Below, piece by piece: positions 31,765 through 45,200 of a stretch of 64,000 nucleotides of DNA. The notes beneath the pieces are model-generated. The model searched no databases. It was not told the origin of the DNA and saw only the letters and a program-made list of their open reading frames with translations. The translations under genes were made by a program, and so were the position numbers. This DNA comes from Andalucia godoyi And28 (lineage: Eukaryota; Protista; Jakobida), in NCBI GenBank assembly GCA_009859145.1, contig VRVR01000001.1, positions 140,463 through 204,462 of the forward strand, written 5' to 3'. How positions within the stretch are numbered: the stretch's first letter is position 1; each line of letters opens with the position of its first letter.

Positions 31765-32173
31765 GGCACGGCGGAGGAATCATCGATCACAAGGAATCGG
31801 TTGTCAGTTTTCGACAGCGTCTCTCATTGGGCCGCGACCTGCACATCTTCAGCCATACTATCCGATGATGTTCACAGCCGTTCCACCAGACGATTGGGTT
31901 GGCGGGTTATAATTAAATTTTAATGTTAAATATATATATGTAAAATAAAAATAAAAAACACAACGAAAGCAAGTGGACGCACTATGATATTTTGAAAGTG
32001 AGAGAACGCTGCAAACTCGTGTTCCCTCCAGCGAAGTACAGCCGGCGGCACTGGGGAGTCTGTGAACACGCGGGAACCACTGCCGGTTTTCGTGTTTTTC
32101 TCTGTTTTCGGATCCCGTTCGCAAACTTCTGATTCTCGTTTATTGATTGCATCATTTTATTATTTTTTTGAAC

Positions 32174-33682
32174 ATGGTGAGGCTTGCTAGCCTTGGCCCA
32201 GATGTTGTCTCTCCTTCTGATGTAGAAAAACTAAAGTTATGTGGCATTCATTCAGGTATGCTCGGTGTTCGATGATTTTTCTTCTTCTCGTTATAATCGC
32301 AAGGCTGTTTCCCCCCCTCCCCGCCATTCCCACCATTCTTCCGTTTTAGTTCCTTTTTGACTGCTAACGAACTGCGGTATTTTTTTTAATCTGTCTCTTT
32401 TTCTTCTTTTTTTTCGGCAAACCAAATTGTGATAGTGAAGCAGCTGCTCGTGTGCGACTTGCCTTACGTTTCCAATCGAACGGGACTTGACGTCAAAGCG
32501 CTGGATGAATTGGGTAGGAAAACAGCTACTGCGGCGCTTCCTCGTTCTTGTATTGGATTCACTGCGTTGGAGCTGGTGGATCACGGTCTTCCGGTGCATT
32601 GTCTTTCACAGGCCGGAGCAAAGCCGCAATCCGAGGTTGCCTGCTGCAGAATCATTGATACAGGGTGTGAGGCGTTGAATGCACTGCTGGATAAAGGGTT
32701 ATGGTGTGGGGCTGTGACAGAGTTCGCGGGTGGTACAGCGACAGGAAAAACACAGTGCGCTGTTTCGATTTGTGCCAACTTGCTGTCGACGACTGCGCTT
32801 TCTGTAGCGTACATTGACACCAGCGCGTCGTTTGATCCGTTTCGGATTTCTGAAATGCTGCGTCTCAGAGGGATGGACGCTGGTGGCAGTACACGCACTG
32901 CACTCCAGAATCGCGTGCAGGTGTTTCCATGTCGCATGATCCACGAATGCCAAGATGTTCTGGATCACATAACCTCATGCCTCGGTACGTACAGATTTGT
33001 ACCGCAGAACGAGCCGGAGGGTTCAGCAACACCGACATCGAAGTTTTATCGATCACTGAAGCTTGTTGTTGTTGACTCTGTCGGATGCCTTGTGAGCCCG
33101 TTGTTGTGTTCAAAGGTTCAAAATCGGTTCCACATGTTGAATCAGTTCGTTCGATCCTTAAAATTTGTTGCTCAGCAGTACGGGGTCGCAGTACTTGTTC
33201 TGAATCACATGGTGTCTGCCGGAAATACTGCACCCGCGTCAGCGAATTCTGATGCGAATTTTGGAACGGCGTCGTTGAAACCTGCATTGGGCGCCGCGTG
33301 GACATTCGTGCCTGAAAAGAGAATTGGTTTTTACGTATCGTTCAATAGCGGAAAGGAAACCTCCGTTCATATGGTGACTAACGAAAGACCCCAGAAGGAA
33401 CGTGAAGCGGATTCCATATCACTCTTAGACCCGTATGATGAGACGTTTCTAGATTCAGATAGCATTGTGGACCAGGGTGGCGCCGAAGAATCCGAGCCGG
33501 ATGACGACGGAGAGGACGTCTCGCAGTTCGATGACTGGCAGCCCCAACCAAGGCAAAACATCCTTCAGGCGTCGTTGAAGTCTGTGTCACGTCGGTTCGT
33601 CGTCTTGAAGAGCCCATCGCTGCCTGTTGGAACCGAATCGGCCTTTCAGATTACTTCCTGGGGTGTGCAGAATGCATCCTAG
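32174..33682 (+). CDS. RAD51D: RAD51 paralog, RAD51D-like; exons 32174-32255, 32436-33682
   Basis: TGCEALNALLDKGL, Walker A GGTATGKTQ, YIDTSASF, Walker B LVVVDSV, KPALGAAW. Confidence 0.8.
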
Positions 33683-33748
33683 ACGGATTCTTAAAAACCA
33701 GAAACAAACAAACACATAAAAACAATATATAAATCGATTCATTCATTT

Positions 33749-34735
33749 TTACAGTTCCCCGATTGTGGGAAAGCTGGGCTGCGTGCCTTTCTTTTGAACG
33801 CTTTTGGCAGCAACATGATTGGCATGAGTGATTGCGGATCTCAAACACGCATTCAATGCTTTCACCCGAGTCTCTTCTGTCGGCGTACTGGCAATGGATT
33901 GCGCAACGTAGGAAGCGAGTGCTCCAAGAAACGAGTCCCCTGCTCCCGAAGTATCCACAACAGAAGCCACTGTTTCCGCAGGGACAAAGTGCATCTTGCT
34001 CTCCAGATCAGAGTACAGTGCCCCCTTTTCTCCCAGTGTGAGAATAACAAATCGCGGGCCCTTCTCAAGCAACTTTAAAGCGCATTGATGTATTTCTGCG
34101 TCTGTCTCGAGCTTGGGCACTTCGGTCAACAGTGCCGCCTCCGTTTCGTTTGGGCACAGAATATCGACAAGCGCAAAAATGTCCGAAGGAAGTCCTTGGC
34201 TGCCGTTTTCTGGAGCTGGTGCGGTATTGAACACTATAATTGGATGTACTTTGTTCTGCGTCGTGCACCGTTCGCGCACTTTCTTGATTGCGTGCATGGA
34301 TGCTTCAATCGGGATTTCCAACTGAAACAGAATCACCTTTGCATCCGTAAGGCTGTCAACGTATTCCTCCACATGGTGCACTGAAACTGCATTGTTTGCT
34401 CCCGGCGAAATGACAATGCAATTCTGTCCCTTGTTGTTGACCCAGATCAGCGCAATTCCTGTAGGAACGTCATGCGTCGTTCCCATCCCTTTCGTATCGA
34501 TTCCTTCCTTTTCGAGGGCCTCTCGATATTCTTTGCCGGCTGAATCATTTCCAAGCATTCCAATCATTCCCACTTTGGATCCAAGTCGCGCTGCTTGAAC
34601 CGCCTGATTTGCACCTTTCCCACCCCAGCACTGCAAGTGAGGAGATGCCGACTTTATTGTCTGTCCGGGCTTGGGAAAGTCTGCAACAGAACAAATAAAA
34701 TCTGCACTTGCGGAACCAACGACTACGACGTCCAT
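33749..34735 (-). CDS. RBKS: Ribokinase (PfkB family)
   Basis: VVVVGSASAD, GGKGANQAVQAARLG, PNETEA, VDTSGAGDSFLG, KKGTQPSFP. Confidence 0.95.
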   Translation of the reverse strand: MDVVVVGSASADFICSVADFPKPGQTIKSASPHLQCWGGKGANQAVQAARLGSKVGMIGMLGNDSAGKEYREALEKEGIDTKGMGTTHDVPTGIALIWVNNKGQNCIVISPGANNAVSVHHVEEYVDSLTDAKVILFQLEIPIEASMHAIKKVRERCTTQNKVHPIIVFNTAPAPENGSQGLPSDIFALVDILCPNETEAALLTEVPKLETDAEIHQCALKLLEKGPRFVILTLGEKGALYSDLESKMHFVPAETVASVVDTSGAGDSFLGALASYVAQSIASTPTEETRVKALNACLRSAITHANHVAAKSVQKKGTQPSFPTIGEL

Positions 34736-34866
34736 CTTTTTTGTCTTTCTCAAGCTAGTTGAAATAATTCGCGGTTTTTTTGCGGTGTCGGACAACGCTG
34801 CTGCGTACTGACCTGCACGCGCTCCAATGTGCACCGAGGGTTGGGTGAAAAGGCTGGAGCAAGCCT

Positions 34867-34920
34867 TTGTTCTTGTTCTTGTTCTTGTTCTTGTTCTTGT
34901 TCTTGTTCTTGTTCTTGTTC
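34867..34920. repeat. (TTGTTC)x9 perfect hexamer repeat
   Basis: Direct reading; lies between the divergent RBKS and ValRS genes. Confidence 0.95.
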
Positions 34921-35102
34921 TTGTGCTTCTCGTTGGTCCCAAGGAAGTGCCGGGAGAATGGAGCAGGAAAAAAGGCTCCGGTGCATGTCGCCAGTTGTCG
35001 ACGAAAGTCTCCCAAAGGTATGAGGGTTTTCTTTGCAAGTTGCAGCACCAGCGAATAGTGTTTTTTCCTTCTTTCCCCCTTCTTTTCGCAGATTGCACAG
35101 AG

Positions 35103-35135
<33 letters not shown>
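35103..35135. repeat. (GATA)n microsatellite
   Basis: Direct reading. Confidence 0.95.
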
Positions 35136-35137
<2 letters not shown>

Positions 35138-35193
35138 GTGTGTGTGTGGGTGTGACGCCATTGCCTGCATTGTGGCTTTCGAGGAAGAATTTG

Positions 35194-38100
35194 ATGTTTC
35201 GGCTTGGACTAAGATCGTGCTTTTCAGGTGAAAGGCAGCTTGCCCGATGGTTCTCCGAAAGGAAGATGCCACTTGTCCCGTTCCCTGCAGATTTCCCTGC
35301 AAAATATGAACCAGTATGTTTGCTGACAATCTCATTGGCGACGATGACAGCGCGGTTTGTGCGAGTTCTCACAACATGGTTATTCGTTTGTTCTTTTTCC
35401 CTTCCAAACACGTGATTCATTGTGCAGAGAGAAACCGAAAGAGGAATCTATGATTGGTGGATGTCACAAAAGCTGTTTCAGGCGAATCGCGAATCTGCGA
35501 AGCCTTCATTTTCAATGATACTTCCTCCGCCCAACGTGACGGGTGTGCTACATATTGGCCACGCTTTGACGTGCGCCATACAGGACTCGATTGCCCGATG
35601 GAAGAAAATGTCTGGATACGAGGTGGCGTGGGTTCCGGGCCAAGATCATGCTGGAATTGCCACGCAAGTGGTTGTGGAGAAGATGTTGCAGAAGGAGAAA
35701 GGAGTGACACGGCATGATTTGGGAAGGGAAAACTTTGTGAAGGAGGTGTACAAGTGGAAGGAGTCTTGTGGACATCGTATATATGAGCAATTGAAACGAA
35801 TGGGTGTTTCGCTGGATTGGAGCCGTGATTTTTTTACGATGGACTCTCAGAGAAACGACGCAGTTACGGAAGCGTTCGTCCGGCTGTTTGACGCCCAACT
35901 GATCTACAGAGATACTCGAATGGTAAATTGGTGTCCAGCGTTGAAAACCGCAATTTCCGATATCGAGGTTGACGTTGATGAGCTGGCCGGTCCGACAGAA
36001 CTCTGGATTCCATCGTCCAGGGGCAAACCGGAAAAATGCACATTTGGTGTCATTTACACCATTGGATATGTTGTGCAGGGCTCCGACGAAATTCTAAGGG
36101 TATCTACCACGCGTCCCGAGACGATTCTTGGCGATACAGGGTTGGCAGTGCACCCGAAGGATGCAAGATACAAGCATCTCATTGGCAAATTCGTGGCGAG
36201 TCCTGTGCATGATCGAATTATTCCGATTGTTGGCGATGCACTGCTTGTCGACCCAGAGTTTGGAACTGGAGTTGTCAAAATTACCCCTGCGCATGATCCA
36301 AATGACTTTGAATGTGGTAAGCGTCATGGATTGGCACAGGTATCCGTGTTTACGGACGATGGCTTGATTGCTTCGGGAGTCGCCGCTGGGTATGACAGCT
36401 TGACAAGATTTGATGCTCGGTCAAAGATTCTGGCAGATCTTGACAATCATGGGCTCTTCTTTGGAAAAACAGATAATCCTATGAGGATCGCTCGCTGCTC
36501 TCGCACGGGCGACATTATTGAGCCGATGGTGAAGGCGCAATGGTTTGTCAAGTGCGCGGATATTGCCACATCTGCGTCGAGGCTTGTGGAATCAGACGCG
36601 ATTGAGATTGTACCTAGGGAGCATCGCGACACTTGGTTCCGGTGGATGAATGGCATCCATGACTGGTGCATTTCGCGGCAACTTTGGTGGGGACATCGAG
36701 TTCCTGCATACAAGGTGGTTTTTGCCGGTGATGCACACACAGTCAGAGTGGAATCTTGGATCGTCGCCAAGTCGCGCGACGATGCTCTTGCGAAAGCCCG
36801 GCTGAAATACGGCTCTGCACAATGTTTTGATTTGGTTCAGGATGAGGATGTTCTGGATACGTGGTTCTCCTCTGCCGTTTTGCCACTGTCTGCATTCGGA
36901 TGGCCGAATATGGAATCAGCAGATTTGAAGCGGTTTTACCCGCTGAGTCTCATGGAGACAGGATCCGATATCTTGTTCTTTTGGGTCGCCAGAATGGTAA
37001 TGTTGTGTACATTTCTCGATGGCAGAGGCCCTTTCACACGTGTTCTTTTGCATCCCGTTGTGCGAGATTCGCAGGGACGAAAGATGTCGAAGAGCTTGGG
37101 CAACGTAATTGACCCCTTGCATGTGATGGATGGCATATCGCTGCCCGATCTGACCTCAGGGCTGCTCAAGTCGAATTTGGATGCGCGAGAAGTGGAGAAG
37201 GCCACGAAGAATTTGAAAAAGGAGTTCCCAGAAGGTATTGAGCAGTGCGGAGCGGATGCTCTTCGGCTCTGTTTAGTGGACTATCTTGTTCAGGGCCGAC
37301 AAATCAATATGGACATCCAGAGAGTAGTGTCTGCAAGAAATTTTGCGCAAAAGGTGTGGCAAGCAACTCGGTTTTGCCTGCCTCATCTTACATTTTCTGC
37401 GTGCGATGCTCGTGCAGATGAATGGCTCTTGCTTTCTGATCATCTCCTTGAGCGGTGGATTCTGTCCAGGCTGCAGTCTGCTCTTCAAGCATGCAACCAT
37501 GCTTTGCAAGAAGGGAGCATTTCCGACGCTTCCCGGAACTTGCATGAGTTCTTTGTGTCTGACTTTTGCGATGTCTATATCGAGATTTCCAAGACAGTGC
37601 TGTACGACGAAAACGTGGAGTCCTCTCGGAAAACGCACACGAAGATGGTGCTGTACACGGTCCTGAGCTCTTGTTTGAGAGCGTTCCATCCATTCATGCC
37701 ATTTGTGACGGAGGTTTTGTGGTACCATCTGTTGAAATCTGTGGACAAGCTGGATGTCCACAAATCCTTGATGATGTGCACGTTTCCTTCCGGACAGGAG
37801 TTCCAAGCACCACAATTGCAAAGCGACAGCAGACAGGTCACAATACTACTGGACGTCATACGCAGTGCGCGTGGCCTGAAGCAGCTACGTTCTCCAAAGG
37901 CCACGGAATGCATTATTGCATGTGGCGATTCTTCTGACCGAGAATTGCTCAGCGCTTTCAGCAAACACATTTGCAGTCTTGCCCGCTTTTCAACAGTTCG
38001 CTTTGTCTCGGATGGATGCTCTTTGCAGGGAGTTATTCGCCGAGTCGTGTCCACCGGCGTTACAGTCTTCCTTCCCATGTCCGCGGAGGCCGTCCAGACG

Positions 38101-38292
38101 GATCTGATCCGCCTGAAGAAGAAGCAAGCGGACATTGAATGCCAGCTTGCGATGCTGGATCGGAAAACAAAGAATCCAGCGTACGGCTCTCGTGTGCCGC
38201 AAGCCGTCCAGGAAACTGACGCGGCGAGAATAGAGCAACTGCAAGCTGAGCTCTCAGCCGTCGAGAAGGACCGCTCTGAGATTCAGCAGTAG
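35194..38292 (+). CDS. VARS2: Valyl-tRNA synthetase, probably mitochondrial; exons 35194-35313, 35428-38292
   Basis: PPPNVTGVLHIGH, DHAGIATQ, TTRPET, DWCISRQLWWGH, DVLDTWFSS, KMSKS. Exon 1 encodes an Arg-rich presequence-like MFRLGLRSCFSG... and AKYEP. Confidence 0.93.
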
Positions 38293-38465
38293 ACGAAATG
38301 TTGGCAAGCAAGTGAGGGTTGCCATCCGTCGTCCTGCATGGATAAGCGAACCGCGTTTCCTTTTCAAGATGTGTTCCAACTTGCTATCCCAGTCCACCGT
38401 CATTCCGATGTGCCCGTCTTTTCTCCGGCACGTCAGGATCATAAGATTGGAATGGTGCACGCAAC

Positions 38466-38504
<39 letters not shown>

Positions 38505-38806
38505 GAACATTTCGGCGTACTGGTGCCTGCCATCCCTTCTGAATTGAATTCACATTCGGCTTCGGATGCAGGACTGAATATGAACGATCCGCAATGATGA
38601 GCCCATGCTTCGTGTACAGTGTAGGCGTTTCCGGGGGCATCTCATGATTTATTATTTTTAATTTAAAAAACAAAAATGGATTTAGATACAAAATGTCGTC
38701 TACATACATTCGTCGGCGGGGATAAACAAAAAAAGGACAGAATATCAAGCACCATTCTCCCCGTGTGGCAGCGCACAGGATGGACAGAGATGCGCGTCAC
38801 GGTTGT

Positions 38807-40339
38807 TCATTCGGCATTCCTCAAGAACCCCTCATCTTGGCCAGAGTCATCGCAATCAGCATGTCGACTATGGTGTGTCTCGTCAACAAGCACCTTGCCA
38901 GATGTCTCCACTGGCAGATACAGCGAAACAATCGCTGCGACTGCAGCACAGCCTCCATACAGCAACACAGGGACCAGAAGCGAGTTTGACAGAACTCCGT
39001 TGGCAACGATGGGCGACAGGACACCCCCAACGCGTGCAAAAGCTGAGCACAACCCAAGCCCGAGTGCTCGCACAGTCGTCGGAAACGCCTCTGGCGTGTA
39101 CACGTAGACAACAGCAAAAGCGCCGTAGATTGCAGCACGTCCCACAGACAACGAGACCGTGAGGAACACCGAATTGAAGGGGGCTGAAACCAACACAATA
39201 GACAACGATGTGATCGCCATCTGCAGCGCCATCAATCTCCTGCGGCCATACCGTTCCAATCCATACACAGAGAGCACCAGACCAGGCACTTCGCTGCACG
39301 TTGTAATGAGAATCTGCAGGAACACGTCGTTGGATATGGTGCAAACACGCGCTGTCGAGACGGAGCCGGAATCATCTTCCGAGGACAGCGCAACTGTGGT
39401 GAACAGAACAAGACCATAGTAAATGAAGGAGTTTGCAAACCAAATGACGCACAGAGGGACCAACAGCCGCATCATGGGCTTGGTTAAGAACACTGCAAAG
39501 GAGGCACGTTCCTTCGAGGCCCACATTCCTCCAGAAAGCTCGCCTTTCGGCAAGAGAGCCTTGTTTGTCGCTGCAGCGCTTTGCAGAATGGCGAGCGCAT
39601 CGTCTTTCCTTCCGGATACGATCAAGAATCTTGGGGACTCTGGCAGCATTGGGGACAGCACGAGGGCCACGAAAGCAGGGATGGCAGACACTGCAAGAAG
39701 AACCCTCCATCCGTACGATGACAGAACTGCCCAGGCAAGCCCGACTTCCAAGACCGTTCCCAATGTCCAAAACAACTCGATCCACATCAGACATTTTCCT
39801 CGGAAACCAATCGGAAGAAACTCGCTAAGCAAACTAAAAGCAACAGCGCTGTTTGCAACACCAGCACCGACCATGAATCTGGTGAACAGAAGCATTCCAA
39901 ACGACAGACTCGCTGCGGACAGTGCTGCAAACACACCGGTCGTGGCAGTTCCAATCACGAACGCCATTTTGCGCCCAAGACGATCTGACACGTATCCCCA
40001 CAACAACGCGCCGACCATCATCCCTCCAAACACAACCATCGACAAGGAGGCTTCTTCAATGGGAGACAAGTTCCATTCGCAGCTCACGACCGGAGAAACG
40101 AACGAAAGTAGCAGCATTTCCATTGCATCAGACATGCACACAAGCCCGACTAGAAAGAACAGTCTCACATTGAAACGTCCAAATCCAATTATTTCAACAG
40201 CATCTTGAACAGAGAAGGACTGAGACCCCGATGCATTCATTAACGAATCTTCAGCTTCACGGTTCACATTATTATGATCCCCATAGCCAACAACATCATC
40301 GTCGTCATCATTATCATTCATGTACGCCAAGGCATCCAT
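38807..40339 (-). CDS. MFS transporter, SV2-related (SVOP-like)
   Basis: IGFGRF, DAMEMLLLSFV, GYVSDRLGRK, LPESPRFL, RYGRR, YTPEAFPTTVRALGLG. Confidence 0.92.
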   Translation of the reverse strand: MDALAYMNDNDDDDDVVGYGDHNNVNREAEDSLMNASGSQSFSVQDAVEIIGFGRFNVRLFFLVGLVCMSDAMEMLLLSFVSPVVSCEWNLSPIEEASLSMVVFGGMMVGALLWGYVSDRLGRKMAFVIGTATTGVFAALSAASLSFGMLLFTRFMVGAGVANSAVAFSLLSEFLPIGFRGKCLMWIELFWTLGTVLEVGLAWAVLSSYGWRVLLAVSAIPAFVALVLSPMLPESPRFLIVSGRKDDALAILQSAAATNKALLPKGELSGGMWASKERASFAVFLTKPMMRLLVPLCVIWFANSFIYYGLVLFTTVALSSEDDSGSVSTARVCTISNDVFLQILITTCSEVPGLVLSVYGLERYGRRRLMALQMAITSLSIVLVSAPFNSVFLTVSLSVGRAAIYGAFAVVYVYTPEAFPTTVRALGLGLCSAFARVGGVLSPIVANGVLSNSLLVPVLLYGGCAAVAAIVSLYLPVETSGKVLVDETHHSRHADCDDSGQDEGFLRNAE

Positions 40340-40752
40340 TTGATCGAGTGTCAAAGATCAATCATACGAACACGCGCATCCAATCCACTATAACGTCGAC
40401 AGATTCCAATAATAAAGGAAACTATCATTCAGAAGCAGAAGAAACCCCCAATTGAACGACGGCAGAAAAGTCAAAATGGTCCGAGAAAGAAGAACGAAAG
40501 TTGAAAGAAGGCAGAGTGAAAATCATTCGCGGTTTTTTAAAATCTTTTTCTTCATGCGCCATCTATTTTTTTCGGTATTTTGTCCCGTCCCTTTGTATAA
40601 CGATCACAATGCGACAGAGGCATGGGGATGAGAGTTGCGTCTTCGGGAAGAAACCAGGCTGCTGCGTTTCAACACAAACGAGCGGTCAGTAACGATGCTT
40701 GATGTATTTTTGAATTCATACATTACGTAAAAATGGCGCTTTCTGAATACAC

Positions 40753-41639
40753 TCATCCGGACGCATTTTCCAAGGAAAAAGAACTGTCGCGGCGGACATG
40801 CTTGCCGAAATGACGCATGAAACTGGACGAGTACTTCTGGTAAGCAGCAGACGAAACAGTGTCGCCGGTATCGTTGTGATAGTACTTGGAAAAGAATTCT
40901 TCGTACTTTCTGCGAACTGGCAACAGATCGGATTCCAGCGTATGCGCAGTGTACGTTCCGGAACGGTCAAACTCTCGATATTGTGAAAATATGCACGGGT
41001 TCTGCACTGCCATTCGGCCAATCATGACGCCGGAAAGAAACGGATATCGCATTCGAAGCTCGGCTATTCCTTCGACGGATACCACATCTCCGTTCGCAAT
41101 GATTCTTTTTCCGGCTTCCGCGGCATCATGAAGTTCTCGAAACACTGACCAGTCTGCTGGATCCGAACTCTTTTGTCGACCATGTCTTGCATGGACAATG
41201 AACGCATCTGCATCACCCTCGTTCACCAGTCGCCTAAACACTGAGGCCTCCTTTTCGGCAGAGTTCATGCCGAGCCGGAATTTCAGAGTCACCGGGACGT
41301 TTGGAAAGAACTTTCGAATAAGACCAACATGCTTGTTCACATGGGACGTTCGCTTCATCATTGCGCACCCAAGTCCACGGTCCACAACATGGCCACTCGG
41401 GCATCCGAGATTCAATTGAAATTCCGCAACTCCAAACGACGAAACTGAGTCTACGCCGGCTTTCTGCAGCTGCAGCGAGTACATTTCCAGAAACCTCGCA
41501 GTCGACGACAGATCAGAAGGAAGAAGCTGAAGTCCTGAAGGAACCTCGGGATCAATTCGTATACGGCGCCAAGAGCTCTGATTGTTCTTTGACAAGGAGT
41601 CCATGCGGGTCATTTCTGCATACTTGAATTCCCATAAAT

Positions 41640-41672
<33 letters not shown>

Positions 41673-41863
41673 CATATTAGAGTCTATCGAAGTGAAAACC
41701 AAAAGGGAAAATAAAATGGAAAAGAGAATGGCTGAGGCATACATACGGAAAGATCAGCTCCGCAATGCTGCATCAACGATCGAAACGCCCTTTCCGAGTA
41801 TCCATCCAACGGCGCCGCGAGAAGTCGGAACGAACGCTTCCCTGCAGCAACGGACGCGCACAT
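40753..41863 (-). CDS. tRNA-dihydrouridine synthase family protein; exons 41863-41747, 41622-40753
   Basis: LLAAPLDG, GADLS-YAEM, QLNLGCP, VTLKFRLG, IVHARH, IANGDV, GVMIGR. Confidence 0.9.
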
Positions 41864-42062
41864 TTTCAAATACGCGTGCAACGTGATGAAGTACAAAACA
41901 TAACATAACACACCAATGAAAAAAACAAAAAACAAAAACTATGAGGAAGTCTTCAAAACGAGAAGAAAAAACATGAAATCATTGATCGGGCAGTATTCCC
42001 TTTTCTGGAGTTTCTGCGGAAGGCGGAAAGAACGCAGTACGAGTTCAAAAATAATAATAATA

Positions 42063-42064
42063 GC

Positions 42065-42102
<38 letters not shown>
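42063..42102. repeat. (CAA)n microsatellite
   Basis: Direct reading. Similar (CAA)n, (GA)n, (CT)n and (CA)n tracts occur near 1230, 4615, 31730, 38470, 41645 and 49480. Confidence 0.95.
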
Positions 42103-42241
42103 CGATAAGAATGATGCTCACAGACCGCAGAGTTCGCAAGGCTATTGCAGTCGAAGAGCCAGACGTCAACAAAAGAACTTTATCTCAGCACGGGATGTGC
42201 ATATTTTAATCAGCGGAAATGACCACCCATCTTGCAGTGAA

Positions 42242-45200
42242 TCACTTGGAGAACGCAAGCACACTCTGCTTGGAAAGAAGCTTCGAAACAGTGGAAGACC
42301 CCTTCTTCTCGACCGAAGCATGCGGAGTGACATCCGCCTTCTTGACTTCGTTGAGTGCGCCAAAGATGTCTCCATGATCTGTGACTTTGAGCGAGGAAGG
42401 CGACACTTTAACAAACGGATTCGAAGAACTCTTTGCCTTCTTGGGCGGTGAGGCCTCGACAGGGGTTCTTTCGTCTTCCTCGGCGACCGGCTCCGGGACA
42501 GCCACTCTCTTCTTCGGCTTACTCTTCTTCTTATCCACAGTTGCGTCCGTCTTCTGTTCAGCTTTTGCAAGCTGCTCCAAAATCTGCAGCGCATCTCCCT
42601 CCTCTGCAATATCGTCAAAATCCGCCATTCCCTCGTTGTCGCTCGTCTTCTCAGGATGCTGCCGGGAATACGGAGAGGTCGTGCCGGCATCAGCATGCTC
42701 GTCCACGTCCTTGTTCCCATCGTGAGAATCCAAAACCTTGGCTTCGTCGGAGTTGGAAGTCTTTGGTGCTCTGCTTGGAGACTTCACGCTTCGCTTTGCC
42801 GGCTTCTTTTTTCGAATAATGCTGTCCATGTCAAGTGTGTCGTCGTCCTCATCCAAAGCAGCGGTGATCATGTCGCTCTTCGATTTCGAGACCTTTCGGA
42901 TTCTGAATCCTGGAGCTCCGGCGGCCTTCTTCTTGGGAATCTTTCCGAGCATGTGGATAGTCTTCGGCCGCTCTTCTTCTTCTTCTTCAATGACATACTC
43001 TTTTAGCTTCCCCATCATGGATTGGATGACGTCTCTCTGTTCAGAGACCCACTTCAGCTGCCCCACCGTTTCGGCACGAACCGCTTCTGTTTGGTCACAA
43101 AGGTCTGTGATTTCGAGCAGTCTGCGATCTAAGAAGCCCTCATAAGGCGCCGTGACTTCAGCATGCGACGCATCGTCCTTAAACTTGGATTGCAGCACAT
43201 AGTGGATGCGGTTCGCGAGCACGGACAGTTTGTGAAACTGCGCAAGTTTGACCGCACCGTCGAGTGTTCTGCGAAGAACCATTCGATTCGCCGCGTCGAG
43301 AGCACGAATGGACCGCTCGTTCTTGCAAGCAGCTTGGACAATCTTCAAAAGAGCCGAGTCAATCTCAATCTCGAGTTTGATGATCGCGTTCGCAATAGTC
43401 TTTTCTTGTTCGTCAGTAGCAAATTCGGCGGCACGTCGGAGTTGGTTGACAAAGCACGTCTTCAGCAGAACCTGTTCCTCGTCCACAGACGAATTCTTTT
43501 CGGACTGTACAACAGGGACCGCAAAATCGACTTCCTGGACAAAGGGACGGGGATTCACCGGCGGAAACTCTGACTGTTCTCGTAAGAACACGCAAATGAT
43601 GGCGTTGTCTGCAATGGAAACGGGCCAAATGCGGTTCTTCTTCTCCATCAGCCGCGAGTCGAACAGAGGCTGCCACTGGTAGTCCCACTCCGGAAGAAGC
43701 ACCCGCAGAAGGCCAACCGAGTCAAAAGCGCACAACAGTCCAGATTCAGAAAATCCCAGCCATGTCAGAATGGAGCGCGGGGAAATTGGGAGAGGCCTCC
43801 TGCTGATCTCTCGCTGTTTGGCGATATCCATGACCAAGCATTCCAAATGCTGATGGCCTTGGAACACAGGGCCGTTGTGATACACAATCGCCAGGAGATC
43901 TCCTTGCCCGGACATAGTGACAATCGGGCCTGGGATAGAGAATATTCCCTCTTGGATGCCTCCGACAGAGAACAGCCTCACCACGAACGCGTCCGTTGCC
44001 ACAGCAACAAACTTTCTTCCGCAAGCCACGGCCTCCACGTTTTCTTCTGGGCGACGGAAAGCGTGCACCCAGTCGCTTTGAGGGGCCCATGTATCAAATG
44101 GTTTGTATACTACCACGGAGGGATGGTCTTTGCTCTTCGTGCAAGCAAGCACGGCGCCGTTGCTGTCCATGGCGGCCATCGTGTACCCGAAGTGCTCCTT
44201 GAACTTCAGAGGCCGGCGATCTGAGCCCTCGAGGAACTCGATTTCGATGCCGAACTGCGAATCTTCATCGGTAGAAACAATTCGCCCATACGTGTTCCAA
44301 CACAGGCATGCCTGCTTGTCCTTCATGGGAGTCGCAGAACTTTGGAAAGCAGGCTGCGGTTCCCTCATGGATGTCGGTGCTCTGTAATGTCCAGCATCCG
44401 CTCCTTTCTTCTTATTTCTGGATCGAGAGACGTTCCCGTCCTCTTCGTCATCGTGGGCCACCGCCTTTTCGCTCCAGTTCTTCGCGCTCAAAGGTTGTCC
44501 ATTGAGATGTGCATCCACGCCCTCGTCATCGTCGTCGTCATCATTCGCCAAGAGATCGTCATAATCGCCCAAGTCATAGTCATCATTCGCAGGAGCGCCG
44601 TCGTCGACATCGTCTTCATCTGCCTCGTCCTCGACGAAGAGCGAGCGACGATTCTGCACGGTGTTCTCCATCTTCTTAGACTTCTTCGCTGGAGATCCCG
44701 TGTTCATCGACAACGGCATCGACGGCTTAGCGCTCACGGTTCCGAGAGTAGCGGCCAAATGATCGGGAATAACATCCTTCCAGATCCCAACCTGGCCAAT
44801 CACCGTGGAAATTGCCAAGTGCTTTCCCTCGGGATCCCAGTGGAGCGAGGAGCAAGCAGTCGGCAGTCTGACCTTCTCCAAAGTCTCTGCCTTCTCCAAA
44901 TCCCAAATCAACACTTGCAGGTCACTTCCGGTGGTTGCAACGAGTTTCCCAGAGCGATTAACAGCTGCAATTGTGGAGTCCTTTCCGTGCCCCTTCAGCA
45001 CTTTCGCTGGCTTGTCCCATTGGTCTCTTCGATAAACGGCAACATCTTTTCCACCAGGAATGATCAAGTTCTGCCCGTCTGCAGTCCAGCACATGCGAGT
45101 GAATTGCTGATCGGACACATACTGCTTCCCAGTGACATTCCTCCAGACGTGAACTCGACTGCTGTTTTCCACAGAAAACAAATGAATCGAGCCATCGAAA

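Noticed and set aside
34750-35335. Long N-terminal extension of the ribokinase ORF (RTRTRT, SIYLSIYL) and similar ORFs over microsatellites
   Set aside because: These are stop-free readings of (TTGTTC)n and (GATA)n repeats; the real start is the ATG at 34735.
38300-38640. Possible small minus-strand gene (MPPETPTLYTKHGL...) between ValRS and the MFS gene
   Set aside because: It is interrupted by a (GA)n tract and has no recognisable motif or clear splice signals.
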